Shown: positions 1 through 9,346 of the stretch, in pieces
Layout: each line of letters opens with the position of its first letter
Numbering within the stretch: position 1 is the first letter of the stretch
Virus record (IMG/VR): IMGVR_UViG_3300025122_005608
Coordinates: 4,804-68,803 of that record
DNA length: 64,000 bases
DNA from: a virus
Direction: 5' to 3' (one strand)
The notes under the pieces: model-generated
The model's input: only the letters and a program-made list of their open reading frames with translations
What the model was told of the DNA's origin: nothing
The model's database searches: none
Translations under genes and position numbers: made by a program

Positions 1-2
1 TT

Positions 3-176
3 AAAAGGTTAATATCCAAAGTTAATTTTCGGGTCACGGGGCCAGCTAAAAATCCATGGACTAGATCTGGGAATATAGATTTCGGGGATCCTAAAAAATA
101 TCTTAAAGATCTTAAGCGTCCCAAAATCATTAGAACAGACGACTGCGATACATGTCCGGATCTCACAAAGCCATAA
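3..176 (+). CDS. 3' end of a hypothetical protein running in from the window edge (...IIRTDDCDTCPDLTKP*)
   Basis: Open frame from position 3 to TAA at 174-176, translated by hand. Confidence 0.55.
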   Translation, partial: KRLISKVNFRVTGPAKNPWTRSGNIDFGDPKKYLKDLKRPKIIRTDDCDTCPDLTKP

Positions 177-208
177 ATATTTTATATCTTAAATAAAGCT
201 TTTTTCTC

Positions 209-237
209 TTTACAATACTACCTATACGACATATAAT
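209..237 (+). promoter_or_regulatory. sigma70-type promoter
   Basis: TTTACA (209-214), 17 nt spacer, TATAAT (232-237), upstream of AAGGAG RBS and ATG 299. Confidence 0.75.
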
Positions 238-252
238 ACGTATGTTGTTTTT

Positions 253-272
253 AAGGTCACTAAATTGACCTT
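253..272. promoter_or_regulatory. Inverted repeat in 5' UTR (operator or RNA hairpin)
   Basis: AAGGTCA-N6-TGACCTT perfect 7-bp arms, followed by a T-rich run. Confidence 0.4.
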
Positions 273-298
273 CTTTTATTTCTAAAGGAGAAATTATA

Positions 299-685
299 AT
301 GAAGTCTATTATGAATATTATTGGAACGTGTGTTATTGCAATCGGGTGTGTGGTTATGTTGACAAATGGCTGCTCGAACGATGATTCTGGTACTAGCGAG
401 GATGATGCTAATTCTGCTGAAGAAGTAGCTCCCGAGGGTGATACCGTAGAAGAAGCAGAAAATATGGAAGAAGTAGCCGAGGAAGCTGCAGCCGAAGTGG
501 AAGAGGCTGTAGAGGCAGTCGCGGAAGAGGTGGACGGCGAAGCAGCTACGGAAGAAGAGGCTGAGAACACCAACGGCGAAAACACAGCCGCAAACGATAA
601 AAAGAAGAACCCGGAAAATACTGATGCTGAAGAAACTGAAGTGCCGGCAGACGCGACTGATACTGAAGAGTCAAGTCAAGAATAA
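299..685 (+). CDS. Acidic low-complexity lipoprotein
   Basis: Signal peptide with lipobox-like LTNG-C, then E/A/D-rich disordered body; AAGGAG RBS. Confidence 0.75.
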   Translation: MKSIMNIIGTCVIAIGCVVMLTNGCSNDDSGTSEDDANSAEEVAPEGDTVEEAENMEEVAEEAAAEVEEAVEAVAEEVDGEAATEEEAENTNGENTAANDKKKNPENTDAEETEVPADATDTEESSQE

Positions 686-1498
686 TTATTCTTCTAGAGA
701 TTTTTTCATTTTCACCAATTGCTTCATATAAATATCAATCATGTGAAGACCTATATCCTTCTGTGTTTTATTTTCAATAAAGTCATATAAATCTTTATAT
801 GTTGGCGACAACGATAAATGGTTGAATGATCGGTAGACTGAATGGATCATGCCTATTAATTCCCCTTTGTGATTCATTATGGGAGATCCAGAACTCCCCC
901 CAATCGCCGGCAGAGAATAAAAAGCCTTATTGGTCACATCTCCATTATAAAGCCCTTCTTGCAAGGGCGCCATTTCTGCTGCAAAGATACCTAGAGGTGC
1001 TGCTGTGTTATAAGCTCGATCTCCTGGTGTTGGCGCGCCTGGAGCTATTGGAATAGCTTCTTTGTAACAATCCTCTAACCATAATATGCATATATCATTT
1101 TCAATATCTTGAGCCACTACTTTAACTACATACTCTGTGCCATCGATGGCTTTAGCTTTAAAATTTAAATCATATTGAATTGTTAATTCAGGGTAGTTTT
1201 TCGTAAAGTAGGCGCTGATAAATTTTTTCATCTTGTTATCGTCACACACATGCGCAGCAGTAAGGGCATATGCACCGTCAAATCGATTTTTAATTATGGC
1301 GCCTGATGCAGTTGAACCCCATTTGTTGATTTCTTTACATTCTTTCTCCTTATCGGAACATACAACAACGTTTAACGTTTTTTCTAATTTTAAAAACGAA
1401 TCCCGTTGAAATACGGAGGGGTTAATATGGTTAGCGCAAGATAGAGTGACAGCACTCATCAGAACAAATATCAAAGAAATTAGTATTTTTTTTATCAC
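686..1498 (-). CDS. Trypsin-like (S1) serine protease, probable lipoprotein
   Basis: TAAHVC, DICIL and GSSGSP catalytic triad motifs; signal peptide ending TLS-C; GAGGAG RBS 9 nt before GTG. Confidence 0.9.
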   Translation of the reverse strand: MIKKILISLIFVLMSAVTLSCANHINPSVFQRDSFLKLEKTLNVVVCSDKEKECKEINKWGSTASGAIIKNRFDGAYALTAAHVCDDNKMKKFISAYFTKNYPELTIQYDLNFKAKAIDGTEYVVKVVAQDIENDICILWLEDCYKEAIPIAPGAPTPGDRAYNTAAPLGIFAAEMAPLQEGLYNGDVTNKAFYSLPAIGGSSGSPIMNHKGELIGMIHSVYRSFNHLSLSPTYKDLYDFIENKTQKDIGLHMIDIYMKQLVKMKKSLEE

Positions 1499-1519
1499 AA
1501 TAGCATGCTCCTCTTTAAA

Positions 1520-1526
1520 TAAGTAG
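1520..1526 (-). promoter_or_regulatory. Putative phage late promoter CTACTTA
   Basis: Minus strand reads CTACTTATTTAAAGAGGA, 16/18 identical to CTATTTAGTTAAAGAGGA upstream of gp25. Confidence 0.5.
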
Positions 1527-1603
1527 GTTTTATTTAAATTATTGGGCTAATTACCACCAATATAACCGCCTTCTTGCAAGGCGCTCAAGGAGTCGCAAAA
1601 ATA

Positions 1604-1864
1604 ATGAAATGTCACTCGCTTAAACAATATATAATTACCATGTTAATGATAGCGATAGTGTTTTTGTTTTGGATTAATGGTTGTAGTATGACACAGACTG
1701 CAGTAACGCCCTCGATGCAATTGGGTACTGCAAATAATAATTATTCTAATATTAATGTTGCTGAAACTGTTGGTAATTTTGATCTTCATATATTTACTAA
1801 TGATGAAGAAGCTTTAATTGTCCCGTGCTATTATTGGAAAATGATAGACGCTGCAGAAAATTAA
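1604..1864 (+). CDS. Small membrane protein or lipoprotein
   Basis: AAGGAG RBS favours ATG 1604; hydrophobic segment ending WING-C; CTAATTA at 1547-1553 upstream. Confidence 0.6.
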   Translation: MKCHSLKQYIITMLMIAIVFLFWINGCSMTQTAVTPSMQLGTANNNYSNINVAETVGNFDLHIFTNDEEALIVPCYYWKMIDAAEN

Positions 1865-1867
1865 AAT

Positions 1868-1896
1868 TTGACTTTTTCTAGAAAATATGATAGAAT
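1868..1896 (+). promoter_or_regulatory. sigma70-type promoter for phoH
   Basis: TTGACT, 17 nt spacer, TAGAAT with extended -10 TGn. Confidence 0.75.
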
Positions 1897-1918
1897 GAAA
1901 AAATATTAGAGAATATTA

Positions 1919-3229
1919 ATGAAAAAAATATATGTTTTAGATACTAGTGTTTGCTTAACAGATGCCGATTCTATAACTTCTTTCGAAAATAATGATATCA
2001 TAATTCCTCTTAAAGTTCTAGAGGAAATAGATCATCATAAAAAACGTCAAGATGGTGTAGGTATTAATGCACGTAAATCTATTCGAACTCTTGACACTTT
2101 CCGTGAAAAAGGAAATTTAAACAAAGGTGTAAGAATCGCCAAAGGAAAAGGTATGATCTATGTTAAAGGTCATGACCCATCTCACCTTCCGGAAGCATTT
2201 GACCCCTCCGTACCTGATAATCAAATTATTGGGACTGCTCTAACAGAAAAACACCTTCAACCTAAAAGAAAAGTAATTGTTGTATCACGTGATATTAATA
2301 TGCGCGTTAAATGCGATGCAGTTGGCCTCTTATCGCAAGATTATATCGAGGGCCAAGTTGTAAAAAATTTAAGCTATATTTATACTGGTACAGCCTCTCA
2401 CTTGGTCGATGATCAGATCATCGACAGATTCTATAATAACGAAGACGTCTTTTTTGAACCCGAAGAGATAAAACTTTTTCCAAACGAATTTGTGATGCTC
2501 GTTTCAAATTCTAATGAGAAAAAAACAGCATTGGCGCGCTTCATGAACTATGAACGGCCTTTAAAAAGAGTTAATGAATACAAAAGTGGAGTATGGGATG
2601 TGTTTCCCCGCAATAAAGAACAATCTTATGCTTTAAATCTCTTATTGGACCCCAATATTAAGTTGGTTACTTTAGTGGGGAAGGCTGGCTCTGGTAAAAC
2701 TCTGTGCGCAATTGCAGCTGCTTTACAGCAAACAGTTGACGGAGATCAAATATATAAAAGATTAATTGTTTCTCGCCCTATCCAGCCCATGGGAAAAGAC
2801 ATCGGATATTTACCCGGTACCATGGAAGAAAAAATGTCTCCATGGTTGGCGCCCATCGAAGACAACCTTAGATTTTTAATGGGTAACGATAAAGCGGCTT
2901 TGGAAATGTACGTAAGAGATGGCACTATCGAAATTGAAGCTTTGACATATATAAGAGGGCGCTCTATATCTAATGCTTTCATTATTATCGATGAGGCTCA
3001 AAATTTAACCATTCATGAATTGAAAACTATTATCACTCGCGTAGGAGAAGGTACTAAAATTATACTAACGGGGGATATCGAACAAATTGATAATGTTTAT
3101 ACAGACGAAACCTCGAATGGCCTAACTCATGCCGTGGAAAAATTTAAAGCCTATGAAATTGCAGGCCATGTCACTCTCCAAAAGGGCGAACGCAGCAAAG
3201 TTGCCACTTTAGCCGCAAAAGTTTTATAA
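1919..3229 (+). CDS. phoH: PIN-PhoH (PhoH2-type) protein
   Basis: N-terminal PIN (YVLDTS, VLEEID, DNQII, SRDINMRVK); C-terminal PhoH ATPase (GKAGSGKT, GYLPG, IRGRS, IIDEAQN, GDIEQID). Confidence 0.95.
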   Translation: MKKIYVLDTSVCLTDADSITSFENNDIIIPLKVLEEIDHHKKRQDGVGINARKSIRTLDTFREKGNLNKGVRIAKGKGMIYVKGHDPSHLPEAFDPSVPDNQIIGTALTEKHLQPKRKVIVVSRDINMRVKCDAVGLLSQDYIEGQVVKNLSYIYTGTASHLVDDQIIDRFYNNEDVFFEPEEIKLFPNEFVMLVSNSNEKKTALARFMNYERPLKRVNEYKSGVWDVFPRNKEQSYALNLLLDPNIKLVTLVGKAGSGKTLCAIAAALQQTVDGDQIYKRLIVSRPIQPMGKDIGYLPGTMEEKMSPWLAPIEDNLRFLMGNDKAALEMYVRDGTIEIEALTYIRGRSISNAFIIIDEAQNLTIHELKTIITRVGEGTKIILTGDIEQIDNVYTDETSNGLTHAVEKFKAYEIAGHVTLQKGERSKVATLAAKVL

Positions 3230-3246
3230 TATATCAATTCAAACTC

Positions 3247-3275
3247 TTGACTTTTTTCCCATTAGCATATATAAT
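3247..3275 (+). promoter_or_regulatory. sigma70-type promoter for the tRNA and downstream genes
   Basis: TTGACT (3247-3252), 17 nt spacer, TATAAT (3270-3275), ending 8 nt before the tRNA. Confidence 0.85.
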
Positions 3276-3283
3276 GTTTCTTT

Positions 3284-3368
3284 GGGAAAGTGGTGGAAGT
3301 GGTAGACACGACAGACTTAAAATCTGTTGCCAAAATTAGGCGTGGGGGTTCAAATCCCCCCTTTCCTA
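3284..3368 (+). tRNA. tRNA-Leu(UAA); CCA not encoded
   Basis: Acceptor GGGAAAG/CTTTCCT plus discriminator A; anticodon arm ACAGA-CTTAAAA-TCTGT; long variable arm; T arm GGGGG-TTCAAAT-CCCCC. Confidence 0.95.
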
Positions 3369-3395
3369 CTATATAAGCATAAGGAGAAAATAATA

Positions 3396-3707
3396 ATGAA
3401 AGTAAAATTTGGTGATACCGAACAAGAGATCGAAAAAAATCCCGCTTTAAAAGAGAAGGTGGAAAAAGATACAGAACTCAAGGATATGATTGTTAGTTAT
3501 GTGGGAGAAAAGAAAAAGCCCGAAAATGATGAGGTTACATTAGAAATGGTTTTGGAAGTTATGGCAGAAGACTTTCCCGACTTTGTAATGCCGATTGCTG
3601 AAGAAAATTGGATTCGGGGATACCAGCAAGCGCTAGCAGATGTAGACGAAGGTCAGCGCCTAGCTTACGAAGAAGAACAGAAAGAGAAAGAAGGAAAAGA
3701 TGAGTAA
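3396..3707 (+). CDS. Hypothetical phage protein
   Basis: AAGGAG RBS before ATG 3396; the longer ORF call overlaps the tRNA. Confidence 0.8.
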   Translation: MKVKFGDTEQEIEKNPALKEKVEKDTELKDMIVSYVGEKKKPENDEVTLEMVLEVMAEDFPDFVMPIAEENWIRGYQQALADVDEGQRLAYEEEQKEKEGKDE

Positions 3708-4389
3708 TCTTCAATCTTATCTGGAGTCCTCGAACGAAAAAGCTCGTGACCAACAAAAAGAGTGGAAATTATTTGGCAATATCGACGTCTTTATCAAGGA
3801 TCCCTTTGTCACCCCTATTAATGTACCAGATATCATTAACAAATTTGAACAGTTGATTCCCTCTCACCTGACATATGGACTTGATTCGATATATATTGGA
3901 GATTTTAAAGAATTCCAACAAAGAAATATTAATGCTTTTTTTGAAGGCGGAACAATTTACGTCTCTAATATCCAAGACGATTTGGAAGATTTTCTTGATG
4001 ACATCATACATGAATTAGCGCATTCTGTAGAGGCCCAAAATGGATTAGAAATTTATGGAGACGGTCGTTTAGAGAATGAATTTTTAGGCAAGAGGAAAAA
4101 GCTCTATTATATATTGAAGGAAGAGGGTTACGATATAAACTTGCTTGATTTTCTTAACCCGGAATATACTCGCGAATTTGATGAACTTTTGTATAAGAAA
4201 ATAGGTTATTCGAACTTAAGAGACCTCACAGGAGGATTGTTCTATTCTCCTTACGGAGCTACCTCATTGTCAGAATATTTCGCGAATGCCTTTGAAGCCT
4301 TCTTTATGAAAAAAGATTTTAATACCTTGCAATCACTATCCCCGGTGTTGTATAATAAGATAGAAAAACTAGCAGACCGAGGTGAATAG
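3700..4389 (+). CDS. Zincin-like metallopeptidase
   Basis: IIHELAH (HExxH) plus downstream SEYFANAF third-ligand motif. Confidence 0.7.
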   Translation: MSNLQSYLESSNEKARDQQKEWKLFGNIDVFIKDPFVTPINVPDIINKFEQLIPSHLTYGLDSIYIGDFKEFQQRNINAFFEGGTIYVSNIQDDLEDFLDDIIHELAHSVEAQNGLEIYGDGRLENEFLGKRKKLYYILKEEGYDINLLDFLNPEYTREFDELLYKKIGYSNLRDLTGGLFYSPYGATSLSEYFANAFEAFFMKKDFNTLQSLSPVLYNKIEKLADRGE

Positions 4390-5165
4390 TGAGTCATGTA
4401 TCTTTTTCAGAATTAAAAATTTGGAATGATTGTCCTTTTAAACATAAGATAACATATATTGACGGGATAAAAGGCTTCAAAGGTAACGAATATACGGCCT
4501 TTGGAACTGCTATTCATGATGTATGTGAAAATGTATTACTGCATCCCGAACTGGAAGACGAATGCCGCATGTATTTTGACTTGAAATTCATCGGTGAGGT
4601 TAATTCGCTTAAAGAGCAGAATATTCCTGTAGATCAAAAAATGATCAACGAAATGAAGCAGCAAGGATCCGAGTTGTCTGTTTTGATTTTGCCAGGGGTG
4701 AAAGAGCATTTTCAAGATTATGAAGTGTTTTCAACGGAAGAAGAGATATATGAAGATGTTGAGGGGTACGAAGACCAATACAAGTTTAAAGGCTTTATCG
4801 ATCTGGTACTAAAAACGCCAGACGGCAAATACCATATTATCGATTGGAAGAGTTGTTCATGGGGATGGGATGTGAAAAGAAAATTTGACCCCATGACCAC
4901 TTATCAATTAACTTTCTATAAACATTATTTTGCGAACAAATACAATATAGACCCCTCTAATATTGAGACACACTTTGCCCTCCTTAAAAGAACTGCCAAA
5001 AAAAACAAAGTAGAAATATTTAGGGTGACAAGCGGAGCAAAAAAAACACAAAACGCCCTTAACTTGTTGACAAAAGCATTGCATAATATAGCAAGAAAGA
5101 ATTTTTTGAAAAATAGATTAGCTTGTAATCGCTGTGAATTCAAAAAAACACAATATTGTCCATGA
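4389..5165 (+). CDS. Cas4/RecB-like PD-(D/E)xK exonuclease with Fe-S staple
   Basis: S.SEL..W..CP, GTAIH, GFIDLV, IIDWKS, QL.FY and C-terminal CxxC...CP. Confidence 0.88.
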   Translation: MSHVSFSELKIWNDCPFKHKITYIDGIKGFKGNEYTAFGTAIHDVCENVLLHPELEDECRMYFDLKFIGEVNSLKEQNIPVDQKMINEMKQQGSELSVLILPGVKEHFQDYEVFSTEEEIYEDVEGYEDQYKFKGFIDLVLKTPDGKYHIIDWKSCSWGWDVKRKFDPMTTYQLTFYKHYFANKYNIDPSNIETHFALLKRTAKKNKVEIFRVTSGAKKTQNALNLLTKALHNIARKNFLKNRLACNRCEFKKTQYCP

Positions 5166-5178
5166 ATAAGAGGTTGAT

Positions 5179-6438
5179 GTGGAAGAAAAGATTAAAGTAC
5201 TAGTATTAAGTGATCATCCTTTAAGCCCTTCAGGCGTGGGAATCCAAACAAAAAACATGATCGACGCAATGCTACAGACCGGTAAATACAAATTTGTTTG
5301 TCTAGGCGGCGCTATTAAGCATGCCGACTATAGACCATTGAAGACAGAGGAATGGGGAGATGATTTTGTGGTCTACCCGATTGATGGTTATGGGAGTCCG
5401 GACCAAATACGTTCGTTGCTTCGGGCAGAAAGACCTAATCTCTTGTGGTTTATGACAGATCCTCGATTTTGGGGCTGGCTGTGGCAAATGGAAGACGAAA
5501 TTCGCCCCCTTGTTCCAATGGTCTATTATCACGTATGGGACAACTTCCCAGCCCCAACCTATAATAGACCATGGTATGAATCTACCGATGTGATAGCTTG
5601 TATCTCTAAAGTAACCAAGGGGGTTGTGGACGAGGTAGTCCCGGAACATGGGGACGTGAGTTATCTTCCACACTCTGTAGATACAGATATATTTTGTAAA
5701 TTACCTGCGGAAAATGTCACAGCCCAGAGATTGGGGAACTTCCCTGATTCTGAAAATAAGACAATTTTTCTTTTTAACAGCAGAAATGCCAGAAGGAAGC
5801 AGAGCGGATCATTAATATTTTGGTTTAATGCCTTTTTAAACAAAGTGGGAAGGGATGAAGCACTTCTTGTGATGCACACCGACCCTAAAGACCCGCATGG
5901 TCAAGACTTGGAGGCCATTATAGAACTTTTAGATTTGAAAGAGAAGGTGATGCTCTCACGAGACAAGCTCCCTCCTGAAAGTATGGCCGTATTGTATGGC
6001 ATGGCGGATTGTACTGTGAGCATTTCGGATGCGGAAGGTTTTGGTCTTTCAACTCTGGAATCTCTAGCCACCGAAACTCCAATTATTGTTACAATGACAG
6101 GGGGTCTCAAGGAGCAAGTTACCGATGGGGAAAATTGGTTCGGCGTAGGAATCGAACCCGCATCCCGGGCAATTATTGGGTCTCAAGATATTCCATGGAT
6201 CTATGAAGATCGCGTTTCAGAAGAGAGTGTTGTTGCTGCTATGGAAAAAATTCATAACATGGGGAGTGAGGAGAGGGAAATGTTGGGCCACATGGGGCGC
6301 CAACATGTGTTGAAAAATTATAATTTTCAGAAATATGCTGAAAGTTGGGATAAACTGCTTACTCACGTAGTCAAAAAATTTGGTTCTTGGGATACTAGAA
6401 AAAATTATAAGTCTTGGAACATTTCAGAGGTAAAATAA
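5179..6438 (+). CDS. GT-B (GT4-like) glycosyltransferase
   Basis: SGVG N-terminal loop, RNARRKQ, EGFGLSTLES motif. Confidence 0.9.
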   Translation: MEEKIKVLVLSDHPLSPSGVGIQTKNMIDAMLQTGKYKFVCLGGAIKHADYRPLKTEEWGDDFVVYPIDGYGSPDQIRSLLRAERPNLLWFMTDPRFWGWLWQMEDEIRPLVPMVYYHVWDNFPAPTYNRPWYESTDVIACISKVTKGVVDEVVPEHGDVSYLPHSVDTDIFCKLPAENVTAQRLGNFPDSENKTIFLFNSRNARRKQSGSLIFWFNAFLNKVGRDEALLVMHTDPKDPHGQDLEAIIELLDLKEKVMLSRDKLPPESMAVLYGMADCTVSISDAEGFGLSTLESLATETPIIVTMTGGLKEQVTDGENWFGVGIEPASRAIIGSQDIPWIYEDRVSEESVVAAMEKIHNMGSEEREMLGHMGRQHVLKNYNFQKYAESWDKLLTHVVKKFGSWDTRKNYKSWNISEVK

Positions 6439-7716
6439 ATGAGAAAAAGATTATTAGTTAGGGGGCCCGTTTTATCGCGAAGTGGATATGGAGAGCAATC
6501 ACGTTTTGCCCTGCGGTGTTTGAGAGCGCATGAAGAATATTTTGATATTTATGTTGTTCCTACCGGGTGGGGAAACAACGGTTGGCTTTGGGAAGATAAT
6601 GAAGAAAGGCGATGGATAGATGGTCTTATCAAAAAAGGGCTACACCACGCTCAACACAAAGGTCAATATGATGCCTCACTTCAAATAACAATTCCTAACG
6701 AGTGGGAAAAGTTGGCGCCAATTAATATTGGATTTACTGCTGGGATTGAGACAACACAAGTGGCCCCTATGTGGATTGAAAAATCTCAACTAATGGATCA
6801 TATTATTGTAGTTTCTAATTTTGCTAAAGAGACCTATCAAAATACTGTGTATAGCGGCACCGATAATAATACGGGGGAGCCTATACACAACTTTAGATGT
6901 CAAACGCCGATTACTACTGCAAATTATTGTGTTAAAGATATTGAGACTGATCCTTTGGATTTAGATTTGGAATATGATTTTAATTTTCTCGTTACTGCGC
7001 AATGGGGTATTAGAAAGAATCTTGAGAATACAATTAGATGGTGCGTGGAAGAATTTATTGATCAAAAAGTGGGCTTAGTGGTAAAAACGAACTGGCAAAA
7101 CGATTCTCGCAAGGATCGTTTTCACACCAGCGAGAGATTGCAAAATTTATTGGGTGAGTATCCCAATCGCAAATGTAAAATATATCTCATGCATGGCAGT
7201 ATGACAGACAAGGAAGTACATGCCCTATATAAAAGCCCTAAAATTAAAGCGATCATATCAGCTACTCACGGCGAGGGATTTGGGCTTCCGCTGTTTGAAG
7301 CGGCTTATAGCGGACTTCCAATTGTAGCGCCGGATTGGAGTGGTCAATGTGATTTTTTGCATATGCCCATTGAAGATAAAAAGACTGGCAAGGAAAAAAG
7401 CAAAGCCATGTTTGGGGTGGTGGCTCACAAATTACAACCCATTCAACAGGAAGCCATCTGGCCTGGGGTATTACACGAAGGTTCTATGTGGTGTTATCCC
7501 GAGCAGGGGTCTTTCAAAATGCGCTTGCGAGAAGTGCGTAAAGATTATGGGCGCTTTAAGAAACAAGCCCAACAACTTCAGACATGGCTGCATAAAGAGT
7601 TCGCCCCCGAAATTCAGTATGATAAGTTTGTAGCTCCGATCAAAAATTGTTTACCTGAAATGGTAGAAGAAAATTGGATGTCTGAAATTGAGAATATAAT
7701 TCAGGATTATGAATAA
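6439..7716 (+). CDS. GT-B (GT4-like) glycosyltransferase
   Basis: SRSGYG, RKNLE, HGEGFGLPLFEA. Confidence 0.9.
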   Translation: MRKRLLVRGPVLSRSGYGEQSRFALRCLRAHEEYFDIYVVPTGWGNNGWLWEDNEERRWIDGLIKKGLHHAQHKGQYDASLQITIPNEWEKLAPINIGFTAGIETTQVAPMWIEKSQLMDHIIVVSNFAKETYQNTVYSGTDNNTGEPIHNFRCQTPITTANYCVKDIETDPLDLDLEYDFNFLVTAQWGIRKNLENTIRWCVEEFIDQKVGLVVKTNWQNDSRKDRFHTSERLQNLLGEYPNRKCKIYLMHGSMTDKEVHALYKSPKIKAIISATHGEGFGLPLFEAAYSGLPIVAPDWSGQCDFLHMPIEDKKTGKEKSKAMFGVVAHKLQPIQQEAIWPGVLHEGSMWCYPEQGSFKMRLREVRKDYGRFKKQAQQLQTWLHKEFAPEIQYDKFVAPIKNCLPEMVEENWMSEIENIIQDYE

Positions 7717-9340
7717 ATGCTTTATTTTTATCGCTGATTTATTCCTTGAAAACGTTATAGGCGGCGGTGAGCTAAATAATGAAGAACTTGTCAAACTATT
7801 ACAAGAAAAAAAACACACAGTTCGCAAAATACACTCCCGACATGTTGATAAGAGATATCTAAAAAAGAACAAGGATTCTTTTTTTATCATAGGTAATTTC
7901 GTTGAATTAAGCTTCGAGTGTAAAGAGTGGTTAATTCAAAATGCAAATTACATAATTTATGAACACGATCACAAATATATAGCATCTAGGAATCCTGCTG
8001 TTTACCGAAATTTTAAAGCCCCATCCACCCAGCTTAGAAATTATTTATTCTATAAGCATGCTCAAAAAGTTTTATGTCAGACTAATTTTCATCGAGATAT
8101 TTTGTGTAAAAATTTGAATTTAAATAATATTCTGAGCGTGGGCGGTAACCTCTGGTCGTTGGATATTTTAGAGAAGTTGAGAGCAATTGGAAGTCAAAAA
8201 AAGACAGAAAAATGTTCCATAATGAAATCGAATATTCCTCATAAAAATACCTCTAAAGCGGTCAGTTATTGTGAGGCGCATGGACATGAGTATGAGCTTG
8301 TATCAGACAATAATTATATTGCTTTTTTGGAGAAATTAGGAAGGAATAAAACCTTAGTGTTTTTTCCGGGTACACCTGAGACTTTATCGCGCATAGTGTG
8401 CGAAGCGAGGATGATGGGGATGTCTGTCAAAACTAATGGACTTGTGGGCGCCGCCCAAGAGGATTGGTTTACAACCAAGGGTGATAAATTAATCGATTAT
8501 ATGATTAGCAAGAGGGAAGAAATATGTGAGATTTTAATAAAAGAATCAACAGAGGCTAAGAAAACGGTTGCTGAGAAAAAGGTCAGTATCATTTCTACCT
8601 TTCATAGTGGAGAAGAATATTTAGAGGGGTTTTTGGAAAATATAACAAACCTCGACATGTTTGATGAGTGCGAACTTATTTTAATTGATTCTGTTTCTCC
8701 TGGTAGAGAAAGAGATATAATCAACCCTTACTTGGAAAAGTACGATAATATCGTTTATTGTCGTTTTGAAGAAAGATTTGGCCCCACAGCGGGGCACAAT
8801 TTAGCCCTCATGAAAGTTTCCACCCCCTATGTTGCCTTGGCATGTATTGACGACCGTAAAAGAGAGGACGCTATACGTGTGATGTACGATAGTTTGTCCC
8901 ATAATAAAGATGTTGATTTAGTATACGGCGACTGTTTAGTCACTTCTATAAAAAATGAAACGTGCGAACACACAAAAGCATCCACGCTAGTAGAACATTC
9001 TTTAGGGGAGTTCTCTAGAGAAAATATGATTAAATGCCTACCAGGGCCTATGCCAATGTGGCGAATGAAAATACATGAAGAGGTAGGGTTTTTTGATGAA
9101 GAAAATCATGATTTTGCCGATGATTGGGAGATGTGGCTTAGGGCAGTTAATAATGGCAGTAGGTTTAAAAAAATTAATAAAATTATAGGATTATATCTTG
9201 AAGGGGGAAGATCACAACAAGAGAATAACTTAAGGCAGAAAAAAGAAGAAGCTAAATTATTCTTTAAATATTCGCACATTTTTGGTTATAATAATAATAA
9301 GAAATATGGAGCCTATTTTAGGCAGTTTTTGGGAGAATGA
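7709..9340 (+). CDS. Two-domain glycosyltransferase (GT-B-like fused to GT2)
   Basis: GGGE...ETLSRIVCEARMMG in the N-half; KVSIIST, ELILIDS, IDD and DWEMWLR in the C-half. Confidence 0.85.
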   Translation: MNKCFIFIADLFLENVIGGGELNNEELVKLLQEKKHTVRKIHSRHVDKRYLKKNKDSFFIIGNFVELSFECKEWLIQNANYIIYEHDHKYIASRNPAVYRNFKAPSTQLRNYLFYKHAQKVLCQTNFHRDILCKNLNLNNILSVGGNLWSLDILEKLRAIGSQKKTEKCSIMKSNIPHKNTSKAVSYCEAHGHEYELVSDNNYIAFLEKLGRNKTLVFFPGTPETLSRIVCEARMMGMSVKTNGLVGAAQEDWFTTKGDKLIDYMISKREEICEILIKESTEAKKTVAEKKVSIISTFHSGEEYLEGFLENITNLDMFDECELILIDSVSPGRERDIINPYLEKYDNIVYCRFEERFGPTAGHNLALMKVSTPYVALACIDDRKREDAIRVMYDSLSHNKDVDLVYGDCLVTSIKNETCEHTKASTLVEHSLGEFSRENMIKCLPGPMPMWRMKIHEEVGFFDEENHDFADDWEMWLRAVNNGSRFKKINKIIGLYLEGGRSQQENNLRQKKEEAKLFFKYSHIFGYNNNKKYGAYFRQFLGE

Positions 9341-9346
9341 GACCTC

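Noticed and set aside
678-693. 16-bp perfect palindrome AAGAATAATTATTCTT
   Set aside because: Largely explained by two convergent genes both ending GAA-TAA with zero gap; too AT-rich for a terminator
3327-3395. Longer start for the ORF ending at 3707
   Set aside because: Overlaps the tRNA; the RBS supports ATG 3396
4389-5165. CRISPR-Cas system suggested by the Cas4-like gene and the 21-bp and 41-bp repeats
   Set aside because: No cas1/cas2 or effector genes; the repeats are adjacent pairs without spacers; solo Cas4-like nucleases are common in phages
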